A stretch of 32,000 nt of DNA from Ktedonobacterales bacterium. Lineage in GTDB: Bacteria > Chloroflexota > Ktedonobacteria > Ktedonobacterales > JADMIN01. Both the position numbers and the translations under genes were made by a program. Positions 8,814 to 17,500 of this stretch are shown here, piece after piece. Under the pieces are notes generated by a model. The model did not search any database. It was not told where the DNA came from and was given only the letters and a program-made list of their open reading frames with translations. Location of the stretch: the NCBI GenBank assembly GCA_030167145.1, contig CP126532.1, positions 570,001-602,000 of the forward strand, given 5' to 3'. Positions within the stretch are counted from its first letter, which is position 1, and each line of letters begins with the position of its first letter.

Positions 8814-9692
8814 TCACGCCTCCACGCCATATTCGTCGCGCAGCGGGCGAACGATTTCGCGCGCAAGCTGGGCGACGATGCCGTCGGGATACGGGTAGCT
8901 GAGGTTGAGGATGAGATGGGTCGCGCCCGCCTCAATGTATGGACGCAGGCTAGCGCGCGAGGCAGCGAGGTCGGCGGGATCCATGCGCATCTGGATCGAA
9001 CGCTGGATGCTGGCGGGATCGCGGCCAACGGCGGCGCAGTGGGCATCGAGCACCTGGCTCTTGTGGATAAAGGTCTCGACAGGGCCGCCAGCGAAGTTCC
9101 ACACATCGGCATACTGCGCGACGATGCGGAGGGTGAGTTGCTCGCCGCTGCCGCCGATGACGAAGGGAGGGTAGGGCTTCTGGATGGGCTTGGGTTCGCA
9201 GCGGGCCTCGCGCAACTGGTAATACTTGCCCTCAAAATTGGCGATGGTATCCGTCCAGAGGCGGCGCACTACCTCGCAGGCTTCGCCCAGGCGGCGGATG
9301 CGCTCGCCAGGGGTATAGAGCGGAATGCCGTAGGCAGTGTGTTCCAGTTCATTCCAGCCCGCGCCGATGCCGAAGTCTAAGCGTCCATTCGAGATGATGT
9401 CCACCGTCGCGCCCATGTTGGCGAGAACGGCGGGATGGCGGTAGGTGTTGCCCGTGACCATCAGGCCCACGCGGATGCGCTGTGTCTGGGCGGCGTAGGC
9501 GGCGAGCAGCGTCCAGCCTTCCAGGTCGGGACCGTTGGGGTCAGGGCCGAGCGTGTAGAAATGGTCGAAGAGCCAGGCATGCTCGAAATCTGGGGTGTCG
9601 TCGGTCTCGCGCCACACGCGCAACATCGCGTCATACGTCGTGAACTGCGGCGCGGTCTTCACACCAAAGCTGAGTGGCCGTTTCGTCGTCAT
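8814..9692 (-). CDS. LLM-class (luciferase-like) flavin/F420-dependent oxidoreductase
   Basis: ORF 8814..9737(-). The N-terminus LSFGVKTAPQFTTYDAMLRVWRETDD..FEHAWLFDHF and the overall pattern match luciferase-like monooxygenases. Start at ATG 9692, 8 nt after a GGAAGGGG SD. Confidence 0.85.
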   Translation of the reverse strand: MTTKRPLSFGVKTAPQFTTYDAMLRVWRETDDTPDFEHAWLFDHFYTLGPDPNGPDLEGWTLLAAYAAQTQRIRVGLMVTGNTYRHPAVLANMGATVDIISNGRLDFGIGAGWNELEHTAYGIPLYTPGERIRRLGEACEVVRRLWTDTIANFEGKYYQLREARCEPKPIQKPYPPFVIGGSGEQLTLRIVAQYADVWNFAGGPVETFIHKSQVLDAHCAAVGRDPASIQRSIQMRMDPADLAASRASLRPYIEAGATHLILNLSYPYPDGIVAQLAREIVRPLRDEYGVEA

Positions 9693-9883
9693 CTGCGATG
9701 CCCCTTCCATGTCACTAGCCCACGGTGTTGCCCACAATCGCGAACACCTGGCTCATAAACTGCCGATACCCCGGCGCGTCGTCGCTCAGTATCCGCGACA
9801 GATTGTAGTACGCCGTGATAGATGCGTCACGTTCAATGCGCATACGTCGTGCAAAAGAGCGGAAACAGCCTCAGCACATTGTG

Positions 9884-10879
9884 CTATGCGCCGGTCAGCA
9901 CAGCGGCCAGCGTTTCGGGGGCGACGTTGCCGCCAGAGAGGATGACGCCCGCGCGTGGGCCGTAGCGCCGCAGCTTGCCACTGAGCGCGGCGGCGGCGGG
10001 AACCGCGCCGGTCGGTTCGACCACCAGCTTGAGGCGCAGCGCCAGGAAGCGCATTGCTTCACGTACCTCGTCTTCGCTCACCAGCACCACCTCATCCACG
10101 GTCTCGTGGACGATGGGCCAGGTGAGCGTGCCAAGAGCGGCGGTGCGGATGCCGTCGGCGATAGTATCGGGCGGAGGAATGGTGACACGCTCGCCCGTGA
10201 GCTTGGCGAGATACGCATGGTTGCCAGCCTCGGTCTCCACGCCGACAACTGCGATGCCGGGGCGCAGGGCGTGCGCGGCGACGCTCGTGCCGGAGATCAG
10301 GCCCCCGCCACCAACCGGCGCGGCGATGACATCCAGGTCGGGCACATCAGTGAGCAATTCGAGCGCGGCTGTGCCCTGGCCAGCGATGATCGCCGGGTCA
10401 TTATAGGGTGGGACGAGCGTGAGGCCACGCTCAGTGGAGAGCCGTTGCGCCAGCGCCTCGCGGTCTTCAGTCATCCGGTCGTAAAAGACAATCTCCGCGC
10501 CGTAGCCGCGTGTCGCCTCCACCTTCACGATTGGCGCATCGGTGGGCATGCAGATGACGGCGGGGACGCCGAAGATGCGGCCACAGAGCGCGACGGCCTG
10601 GGCATGGTTGCCAGAGGAGAATGCGATGACGCCGCGCGCACGCTGCTCCGCCGGAAGACTGGCGATTTTGTTATATGCGCCCCGGAATTTGAACGCGCCA
10701 CCACGCTGAAACGACTCGCATTTGAACCAGACATCCTGCCCAGCAGCGGCGTTGAAGTCGCGGGATGTATGGACCGGCGTGCGGTGCGCTTGCCCCTCGA
10801 TACGCTCAGCAGCGGCATATATGTCGTCCATGGTGATGGCCAGCGGCTCCGTCTGCGATTGCTCGGATGATGCGGTCAT
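9884..10879 (-). CDS. PLP-dependent threonine/serine ammonia-lyase (threonine dehydratase-like, no regulatory domain)
   Basis: PLP-lysine motif GGAFKFRGAYNK and a glycine loop GGGGLISG. Start at ATG 10879, 6 nt after a GAGAGGA SD. Confidence 0.85.
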   Translation of the reverse strand: MTASSEQSQTEPLAITMDDIYAAAERIEGQAHRTPVHTSRDFNAAAGQDVWFKCESFQRGGAFKFRGAYNKIASLPAEQRARGVIAFSSGNHAQAVALCGRIFGVPAVICMPTDAPIVKVEATRGYGAEIVFYDRMTEDREALAQRLSTERGLTLVPPYNDPAIIAGQGTAALELLTDVPDLDVIAAPVGGGGLISGTSVAAHALRPGIAVVGVETEAGNHAYLAKLTGERVTIPPPDTIADGIRTAALGTLTWPIVHETVDEVVLVSEDEVREAMRFLALRLKLVVEPTGAVPAAAALSGKLRRYGPRAGVILSGGNVAPETLAAVLTGA

Positions 10880-10906
10880 GCGTGTTCCTCTCTTGATACG
10901 CACATC

Positions 10907-11518
10907 TCAGTGCGGCAGGACGAGTGTGCCGCTCCAACGCTCGGCGCCAGAATTGTTCGTGATTGGCGCCACGGTAATTGTACCGCTTCCAGAGGCAGCG
11001 GCGAGCGACCCCGTGCCGCCATTGATTTGATACGTATATGTGGCGGAGCCATCACTACCGCAGTGAGTTCCCTCCGCTAGGAAGCTGACGTTCTCGCCAC
11101 TGGCAACGGTGATGGTGCCGTAAGACGAGGTTGGGACGCAGCCATCCGTGAAATCGGGAGAGGCGAGATTGGCATCGCGGCTGAGTTTGAGCGTTCCGTA
11201 GCCAGTCGCCGTGCCAGAAGCAGTGACGGTGGCGCAGTATGATCCCTCTGCCTCGCCAACCGGGCAGTTATGCGGCGCGTAGGCGTCAATGAATGAGATT
11301 TGGAATGGGTTGGTATCCGGTGTTGGCGTGCCCGCTGGCGTTCTGGTTGCCGCATGCGGGGTCTCTTCCGCCGCGAATGTAGCCTGGTCTGACGCCGGGC
11401 TATTGGGCGCGCCACATGCGACAAGCAACACGAGCGCGACGAGCGCTAGTGCGCTCGCGAGACGGCGTGTGAAGCGCCGCCGTGCATGCGATTGGAGGAC
11501 TAGACGGGATGGGGTCAT
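10907..11518 (-). CDS. hypothetical lipoprotein (secreted, Cys-containing beta-rich domain)
   Basis: Signal peptide with a lipobox-like LLVAC|G after a basic N-terminus. No family recognised. Confidence 0.6.
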   Translation of the reverse strand: MTPSRLVLQSHARRRFTRRLASALALVALVLLVACGAPNSPASDQATFAAEETPHAATRTPAGTPTPDTNPFQISFIDAYAPHNCPVGEAEGSYCATVTASGTATGYGTLKLSRDANLASPDFTDGCVPTSSYGTITVASGENVSFLAEGTHCGSDGSATYTYQINGGTGSLAAASGSGTITVAPITNNSGAERWSGTLVLPH

Positions 11519-11791
11519 AGAAGAAAGGCCCTTCCACGCCCGCAAACATGTCGGGCGAATGATCTGAGGTCATTGTTTCAGCTGCGCCGCCAGGAGAGGC
11601 ACACGCGGCAATATAGCTGACTCTCTTGTATACGTCCCAAGTCCCGAGATATTTTCAAAGTTTGAGCAGATTTCACACAGGAATACGGCCACCTCGGTAT
11701 TGTACGTGGGGCGATGACCTCTGATGGGTCGTCACTGCACTGCAATGCGCGAGATCCTTACTCCTCGGTGCAGGCGCCGTCACGCGGCGTG

Positions 11792-11833
11792 GGGCCAGCA
11801 ATGCGTCAGGTAGGGCCAGCAATGCGCAGGCCG
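11792..11833. repeat. 21-bp tandem duplication (14-nt identical core GGGCCAGCAATGCG x2) spanning the stop codon of ORF 11806..12366
   Basis: The cores at 11792-11805 and 11813-11826 are identical and 21 nt apart. The stop TGA (11806-11808) lies between them. Confidence 0.8.
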
Positions 11834-12366
11834 AAGCGCTCATCAGCCCAGGCGAAGTAGCCAGGGAGGTCACTGCCAGCGCCAGCCGCCAGCCCATCTT
11901 CGAGCCATGCGAGCGCGCACTCAGCGTCGGCGGCCCGCGCGCCGCCAGCATGGATCAGCGTGCGGAGGCGGCGGCGCACCCGTTCGATTCCCGCGCGTGT
12001 CGCCTGTTCCACATCCACACCTTCTCGCGTTTCTGGCGTGGTGGAGCGTGCGCGCCAGAGCAGCAGCACATCATCGGGATCGGCATAGCGCGCGACGGCG
12101 GCAACGAGGGTATAGAGTGCGCCAGATGCGCCGAAGCCAGCGGCTTCATGCGCAGCAATCTCTTGTTCAAGGAGCCAGCGGGCAAGGTCACGGTCGGATG
12201 GGCGAAGCGAGGCAGCCAGCAGCGTCGCAACCGCAGCACGCATCTCAGCGGCACGCGCGTGTTCGCTTGTGGGTGCGGAGGCGTTTTGGGCGAGGGTGGC
12301 ACGGGCACTCGCGACAGCATCGGCATCATTGGAGCGAAGCGCCGCGAGCAGCCCATAGGGAGTCAT
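11806..12366 (-). CDS. hypothetical protein (186 aa, Ala/Arg-rich, helical-looking), translationally coupled to dnaX
   Basis: Its ATG overlaps the dnaX stop (ATGA at 12363-12366). No recognisable family. Confidence 0.6.
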   Translation of the reverse strand: MTPYGLLAALRSNDADAVASARATLAQNASAPTSEHARAAEMRAAVATLLAASLRPSDRDLARWLLEQEIAAHEAAGFGASGALYTLVAAVARYADPDDVLLLWRARSTTPETREGVDVEQATRAGIERVRRRLRTLIHAGGARAADAECALAWLEDGLAAGAGSDLPGYFAWADERFGLRIAGPT

Positions 12367-14525
12367 AAGACGTCGTCCTTATCGGCATTGAGCGGACGCA
12401 CGTCCGCCAATTCGATACCGTGGGTACGGATCAGCGCCTGGATGACGGGATCGGCGCGTACTTCATCTTCTAGCGAATGGCTGGGGCGCACGTCCGGACG
12501 GATAGGCGGGCGCAGCGGTGTCACATTGTTGGGGACGTAGCTCTCGCCAGCATCGCGCACCTGGGTTGGCGGCATCGGTTGGGCGCTACGCCCATTGACG
12601 TTGTTGGTGGCGGCGAAGGGGGACGCAGGCGCGGCATTCAGCGGCGTGGGGGGACGCGCCCTCGCGCCAGATGAGCTTCCGCGACTGGAATCCATGCCAC
12701 CGCCTGGCAGCGAGCCACGATTGGAGGCGGGTCCGCCAGGGGCATTGCCGGGATTGCCGCCGCTCGACGGTCCACCGCTGTTGCCGGAGGCGGGCACGAT
12801 GCGAATGAGGACGGGAGCGCCGACAACCTGTTCCAGCGCCCATTCGATGGCGGCTTTACTCTTCGGCTCGCGCAATTTCTCTAGGTGGAACTTATGATCG
12901 GCCTGAAGCACCAGCACTGGCCGTTCCCCTGGCTCGACCAGCACTGGCCGCGCCGAATTGAGCAATGCGGCGACACTCATGCTTTTCTGCTTGCAGACCT
13001 GCTTGACCAGTGCCCACTCGCTCTGCGCGCGGAAGAGCGTCTCGTGCAGGTCGCCAGGCGCTGGTGCGGCGCTGGCGCTCTCACTCGCATCAGGCCACTC
13101 CTCGTCTGTGGGAATGTCGAGCGGATCAGCGAGGGGCACTGGCGCAGGTTCTGGCGCATGGGTTGCCGGGGACGCGGGAGCATCCGGCCCGCCAGCCCAG
13201 ATGTTGGGCGCGGGCGAGGCATCCTCACGTTCGATGGCGAGCAGGTCAAGCTCTTCGATGGGTGGCCGTTCGGGTGATGGCGAGCGCGGCGCTGCCGTCT
13301 GCGCCTGTGATTGATGAGGCCGAGCCGGGGGCATTGCTGGCAGTGCGGCGGAAAGTGATGGAGCGGGTGGGCGGCTACCTGCTGCTGGCTGATGCTGCGG
13401 TGTGGGTTGCGCGGCGGCTACGGGTAGTCCACCGTTGGCGCGAATCGCCACGCATTCGAGGAACGACAACTCAAGCGCAAGTTGTGGGACGGGCAGACCA
13501 CGCGCGGGCGTCTCGTTGCGCGCGAAGACGCGAGCGCAGGCGGTCAGCTCTTCGAGCGAGAAGCGGCTCGCGAGCGCACTGATCTCGCGAGCATCCTCGT
13601 CGGTGCGATCCATTAGCTCAGCAACGTCAGCGCCAGCGCAGGCAAGCACCAGCGCACGCCATTCTTCCGAAAGCTGCGTATTGAGTTGGCGCAGGTCAGC
13701 GCCGTTGATCACTAGTTCGTTGATGCGATGTAGCCCATCGGCGGAACGCTGTTCTGCGACATCCACGATGAGCGCACGGACTGTGCCGGGGTCCGCGAGA
13801 CCCAGCATGCTGCGAATGCTATCGAGATCCAGGTGTGTGCCATTGAAAGCGACCGCCTGGTCGAGCAGGCTGAGGGCGTCGCGCATGCCGCCTTGTGCGG
13901 CGCGTGCGATGAGTTCAGCGGCGGCTGGCTCTAGTTCCAGTCCCTCGCCCTCGGCAACATGACGCAAATGCCCAACGATGTTACGCACGCTGTGGCGGCG
14001 GAAGTCGAAGCGCTGGCAGCGAGACACGATGGTCGGCAACACCTTATGCGCTTCTGTGGTGGCCAGCACGAAGATAACGTGTGGTGGTGGCTCTTCCAGC
14101 GTCTTCAGCAGCGCATTGAAGGCATGTGTGGACAGCATATGGACTTCGTCTATGACATAGACCTTATATCGTCTGCTGGTGCTCATCAAGCCGACAGTGC
14201 CAACAAGCTTACGCGCATCCTCCGCTTGCGTGTTAGAAGCGGCGTCAATCTCGATCACGTCGGGCGAGTGACCGGCACTGATCTCGCGGCAGGAGATGCA
14301 TTCATTGCATGGCTCGCCGTCATGTGGGTTGGCGCAGTTCACGGCTTTGGCGAGCAGACGCGCGGTGCTAGTCTTGCCGGTGCCGCGCGGGCCGCAGAAG
14401 AGGTAAGCATGGGCGAGCCGCCCATCGCGCACGGCATTGAGGAGCGTGCGAACCACCGCCTCCTGGCCGATGAGTTCGGAGAAGGATTGCGAGCGCCATT
14501 TACGATAGAGCGATTGCGATGCCAT
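12363..14525 (-). CDS. dnaX: DNA polymerase III subunit gamma/tau
   Basis: N-terminal AAA+ clamp-loader motifs are YRKWRSQSF..GQE, GPRGTGKTS, the Zn module CNECISC, DEVHMLS and SRCQ. A long Pro/Ala-rich linker and a C-terminal tau-like domain follow. Confidence 0.95.
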   Translation of the reverse strand: MASQSLYRKWRSQSFSELIGQEAVVRTLLNAVRDGRLAHAYLFCGPRGTGKTSTARLLAKAVNCANPHDGEPCNECISCREISAGHSPDVIEIDAASNTQAEDARKLVGTVGLMSTSRRYKVYVIDEVHMLSTHAFNALLKTLEEPPPHVIFVLATTEAHKVLPTIVSRCQRFDFRRHSVRNIVGHLRHVAEGEGLELEPAAAELIARAAQGGMRDALSLLDQAVAFNGTHLDLDSIRSMLGLADPGTVRALIVDVAEQRSADGLHRINELVINGADLRQLNTQLSEEWRALVLACAGADVAELMDRTDEDAREISALASRFSLEELTACARVFARNETPARGLPVPQLALELSFLECVAIRANGGLPVAAAQPTPQHQPAAGSRPPAPSLSAALPAMPPARPHQSQAQTAAPRSPSPERPPIEELDLLAIEREDASPAPNIWAGGPDAPASPATHAPEPAPVPLADPLDIPTDEEWPDASESASAAPAPGDLHETLFRAQSEWALVKQVCKQKSMSVAALLNSARPVLVEPGERPVLVLQADHKFHLEKLREPKSKAAIEWALEQVVGAPVLIRIVPASGNSGGPSSGGNPGNAPGGPASNRGSLPGGGMDSSRGSSSGARARPPTPLNAAPASPFAATNNVNGRSAQPMPPTQVRDAGESYVPNNVTPLRPPIRPDVRPSHSLEDEVRADPVIQALIRTHGIELADVRPLNADKDDVL

Positions 14526-14675
14526 GCGCTGCCTCGGATACGCGGAATGTTCGAACGATGGTTATGCTGGAAGGTATTGTAGCCCAAAACAAAGACGAGC
14601 GAGGCGTGGCCAAGGGCGCGCAGAGATAGCATGAGCGCCGAAAAGACAGGAGATGTGAGTAGATGTTTGGCAAAA

Positions 14676-14725
14676 GGAATGGGGGGACGAATGGGCAAGC
14701 TGCGGGGGTACGAATGGGGGAATGG
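14676..14725. repeat. G-rich direct repeats between the ffs 3' end and dnaX (GGGGG[G/T]ACGAATGGG x2; GAATGG x4)
   Basis: The 15-mers at 14681-14695 and 14704-14718 match 14/15. GAATGG(G)CAAG recurs at 14689 and 14720. Confidence 0.7.
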
Positions 14726-14729
14726 CAAG

Positions 14730-15003
14730 AAAAATGATCGTGCACCCACCTTCGATTCGCGCCGTCAACCCCTCATGACGCTCCAGCTCAGACCCGGCAA
14801 TCCCGCGGCACCCAGAGAGGCCCCCTTACCGCTGCTTCCTTCCGGATCTGACGGGGTTCGCGGGCATCTGCCGCGCGGGGACCGAATCCTCATAACCTTC
14901 GCGCCCCTCGGAGTCGGCTAGCTCAAACCTCGGGCGGGGATTCAGCCCCGCTATGAGCGTTTCGGGTACAGGGTAGCCCAAGCTCCCCGCCTAGCACGAT
15001 CTC
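14730..15003 (-). ncRNA. ffs: signal recognition particle RNA, large Bacillus-type (Alu domain plus S domain)
   Basis: The minus strand carries the domain IV core GUCAGAUCCGGAAGGAAGCAGC (about 14831-14852). Its 5' end GUGCUAGGCGGGGAGCUUGGGCUACCCUGUACCCGAAA resembles my recollection of the B. subtilis scRNA 5' Alu domain. The 5' GAUCGUGC (14994-15001) pairs with the 3' GCACGAUC (14736-14743), followed by AUUUUUCUU. It sits upstream of dnaX, as recalled for B. subtilis. Ends are good to about +/-5 nt. Confidence 0.9.
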
Positions 15004-15009
15004 GTGTCT

Positions 15010-15038
15010 ATTGTATCGCTTCGCCGCGCCAGAGTCAA
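15010..15038 (-). promoter_or_regulatory. promoter of ffs (TTGACT-17 nt-TACAAT)
   Basis: On the minus strand, the -35 TTGACT is at 15033-15038 and the -10 TACAAT at 15010-15015, with a 17-nt spacer. The predicted start is about 7 nt downstream and coincides with the SRP RNA 5' helix. Confidence 0.7.
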
Positions 15039-15160
15039 ACAAGATGAGCGGTCTGGCCGGGTTGTCCGGTAGTCATCCGTCTGCTAGAATGAGCGCACCA
15101 AGGCGCGGACGCATCACGCCGCGTGACTCGCTGTGCAGGGTGAAACGTGGGGAGCGCAAC

Positions 15161-15691
15161 ATGGGTACATCGGATTCGGATGCCATTGCAGAAGAGCAAA
15201 CGCCGCCAGAGATACCTGAGGTAGATGCAGCGCTGCTGGGACCAGAAGCGGATATAGTCGAACACGCGGGCGGCGCGGGCGGCGCGGGCGACGCCACTGA
15301 CATTCTGCTGGCTGGGGGCGTATCTCACACATCTTCCGCTCCATCGCATGTGGCACGAGACGTAACGTGGCCGCATATCTTCGGCATCTTCACGCTTGCC
15401 TGCGGCATTGAGGTGATAGTGTTTCTGCTGCTGGCGGCGACGCAACACATGTCGCTCGGTGGGGTGGCGCTGCTGGCGGGCGCACCGGCAACTATCCTCT
15501 ATGTGGCGCTGATGCTGTGGCTGCTTGGCGGGATGACTGGATTCCTGGGCAGGGACAAGGCTGTGCCAGTGTTGCGCCTGCTGCCCGCGCCAGCCAATAC
15601 AGACGAATCCACACGAGACGCCGCGCCCCCTGATGCTGTTGTGCCCGCCACATCTAAGACAGAGAAGCCGTCCCAATCTGGAAGCATCTAG
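15161..15691 (+). CDS. hypothetical membrane protein (2-3 TM helices, acidic N-terminus)
   Basis: ORF 15011..15691(+). The 5' part overlaps the ffs promoter, so the start is placed at ATG 15161 after a GGGGAG SD. Hydrophobic helices include IFGIFTLACGIEVIVFLLLAA and VALLAGAPATILYVALMLWLLGG. Confidence 0.55.
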   Translation: MGTSDSDAIAEEQTPPEIPEVDAALLGPEADIVEHAGGAGGAGDATDILLAGGVSHTSSAPSHVARDVTWPHIFGIFTLACGIEVIVFLLLAATQHMSLGGVALLAGAPATILYVALMLWLLGGMTGFLGRDKAVPVLRLLPAPANTDESTRDAAPPDAVVPATSKTEKPSQSGSI

Positions 15692-15856
15692 CGTCCGATA
15701 ATGCGCTCTCACGTCTGCGCTGAAGCCAAAGCAGGCCGCGGCTCTGCGCGCCAAAATGACTCGTTTCGTATTGCTCCTACGGGCGCGCGATAGACGTGCT
15801 ATAACTGGGGAATACGGGAGGCGCTTGCACGTAGCGCGGACGGAGAGGGCAACACG

Positions 15857-16582
15857 ATGGCAGCGGACAGCGGTTCAGCGGGAGATTACGGCACGAGCGA
15901 CATGCAACGGAACGCTGACGAGAGCATCGCCGATTTCGCGAGCCACCTGCGCGCATTGGAAGAAACGCTCTCTCCCGCGCAAGAAGCCCCGCCCCGTATT
16001 CCCCGGCAGGCGCGCAGCCGCGAAAAGCGCGACGAGATCCTCAAGGCGGCAGCACGGCTCTTTGTCCGCGACGGCTATGCCCAGACGACCTCAGACACCA
16101 TCGCTGCTGAAGCTGGCGTAAGCGTTGGCACGTTCTACAACTATTTTCGCAATAAGCGCCAGGCGCTGCTGACGCTGGTGATCGAGCGGCTGGATGGCAT
16201 CTTTAGCAATATCCGGCTCGCACAGATGGATTTTTCCGATGGGCACCCACGCGAGGTGATTCGCCGGGCCATCGGCGCGATGCTGGAGCGCGGCAACAGC
16301 GGATTGCGGCGCGCGTGGCTGGAGGTGATGGCGCAGGAACCCGAATTGCAGCCCTATCAGCAGATGCTCCGGCAGTACGTTCTGGTGCGGATCGAGGATG
16401 CGCTCCGCAAGGCTGAGGCGCGCGGTGAAACCTGGCCGGAGCTGGATATTTCGGCGACGGCGCTCGCCATTTTCACGCTGCTGGATACGATCAGCCTGAG
16501 GACCGATACCGGCATAGATGATGAGCGGCTCGCCGACGCACTCACTGATATGGTCTATCGCAGCACCTTTCCGCAAGGATAG
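15857..16582 (+). CDS. TetR/AcrR family transcriptional regulator
   Basis: Canonical TetR HTH: ILKAAARLFVRDGYAQTTSDTIAAEAGVSVGTFYNYFRNK. GGAGAGGG SD before the ATG. Confidence 0.9.
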   Translation: MAADSGSAGDYGTSDMQRNADESIADFASHLRALEETLSPAQEAPPRIPRQARSREKRDEILKAAARLFVRDGYAQTTSDTIAAEAGVSVGTFYNYFRNKRQALLTLVIERLDGIFSNIRLAQMDFSDGHPREVIRRAIGAMLERGNSGLRRAWLEVMAQEPELQPYQQMLRQYVLVRIEDALRKAEARGETWPELDISATALAIFTLLDTISLRTDTGIDDERLADALTDMVYRSTFPQG

Positions 16583-16606
16583 CGAGCGCCGAAGAGAGAG
16601 GTCCAG

Positions 16607-17500
16607 GTGATGTTTCCCCAAACGTCCGCGACGCGATCACAACTCGATCCGCTCCATCAGGTGAGCGCGCCAGTTGAGCGCTGGCACAATGGCGAACGCA
16701 GCGCGACACGCGATGAACTGGCGGTGGAGGAGCCGCTAGAGCTACGCACGCGCAGCACATCGGCACAAGGCGCTGCGTCACTCGAGACGCTGGCGGTCAT
16801 TTTGCGCACCCCAGGACACGACCAGGAATTGGCGGCGGGCTTTCTCTATAGCGAAGGGCTGCTGGCGAGCCACGATGAATTGGCGGAGTTGCGGCCAGGG
16901 GTGGACGCCGACGGATTGCCGTCAGACAACCTGCTCGATGTGCTGCCAGGGAGCGGCGTCAACCTGATCCAGCGTATACAGGAATCGGGATATACCCGGA
17001 GATTTGCCGTGAATGCGAGTTGCGGTATCTGTGGCAAGAATACGGTCGAGGCTGCGTGTGCCGTGCTGCCACCGGTCCACGGAGATGCCGTGGTCGTCGC
17101 GCCGGAGACGCTCTACAGCTTACCGGAACAACTGCGCGCGCAGCAGCGGGTGTTCGCGGCGACAGGTGGCCTGCACGCGGCGGGGCTATTCGATACGGCA
17201 GGGCACCTGCTGGGGCTGCGTGAAGATATTGGGCGGCATAATGCAGTGGATAAACTGGTGGGCCGGGCGCTGCTGGATGGCGCGCTGCCGCTGGCGGACC
17301 GGCTGTTGCTGGTGAGCGGACGGCTCTCGTTCGAGATCGTGCTGAAAGCGTGGACGGCGGGGATTCCGTTGGTAGCGGCGGTTTCGGCGCCATCGAGTCT
17401 GGCGGTGGATCTGGCGATGGCAGGTGGCATCACGCTGGTAGGCTTCTTGCGTGGAGAGAATGCGAACGTTTACACCCACCCGGAGCGCGTGCGGCGGTGA
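16607..17500 (+). CDS. fdhD: formate dehydrogenase accessory sulfurtransferase FdhD
   Basis: FdhD signatures NASCGICGK and GRHNAVDKLVG. Start is GTG 16607 or ATG 16610 after GAGAGAGG. Confidence 0.9.
   Translation: MMFPQTSATRSQLDPLHQVSAPVERWHNGERSATRDELAVEEPLELRTRSTSAQGAASLETLAVILRTPGHDQELAAGFLYSEGLLASHDELAELRPGVDADGLPSDNLLDVLPGSGVNLIQRIQESGYTRRFAVNASCGICGKNTVEAACAVLPPVHGDAVVVAPETLYSLPEQLRAQQRVFAATGGLHAAGLFDTAGHLLGLREDIGRHNAVDKLVGRALLDGALPLADRLLLVSGRLSFEIVLKAWTAGIPLVAAVSAPSSLAVDLAMAGGITLVGFLRGENANVYTHPERVRR

Noticed and set aside
12363-14525. Programmed -1 frameshift site in dnaX (E. coli-type A AAA AAG)
   Set aside because: I did not see an A-rich slippery heptamer on the coding strand. 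The nearest is CAG AAA AGC around 12965, which is not a slippery site. My scan was by eye, so it is not exhaustive.
15011-15160. N-terminal 50 codons of ORF 15011..15691
   Set aside because: This stretch overlaps the ffs promoter and has no SD. The internal ATG at 15161 has a GGGGAG SD, so the gene start was moved there.
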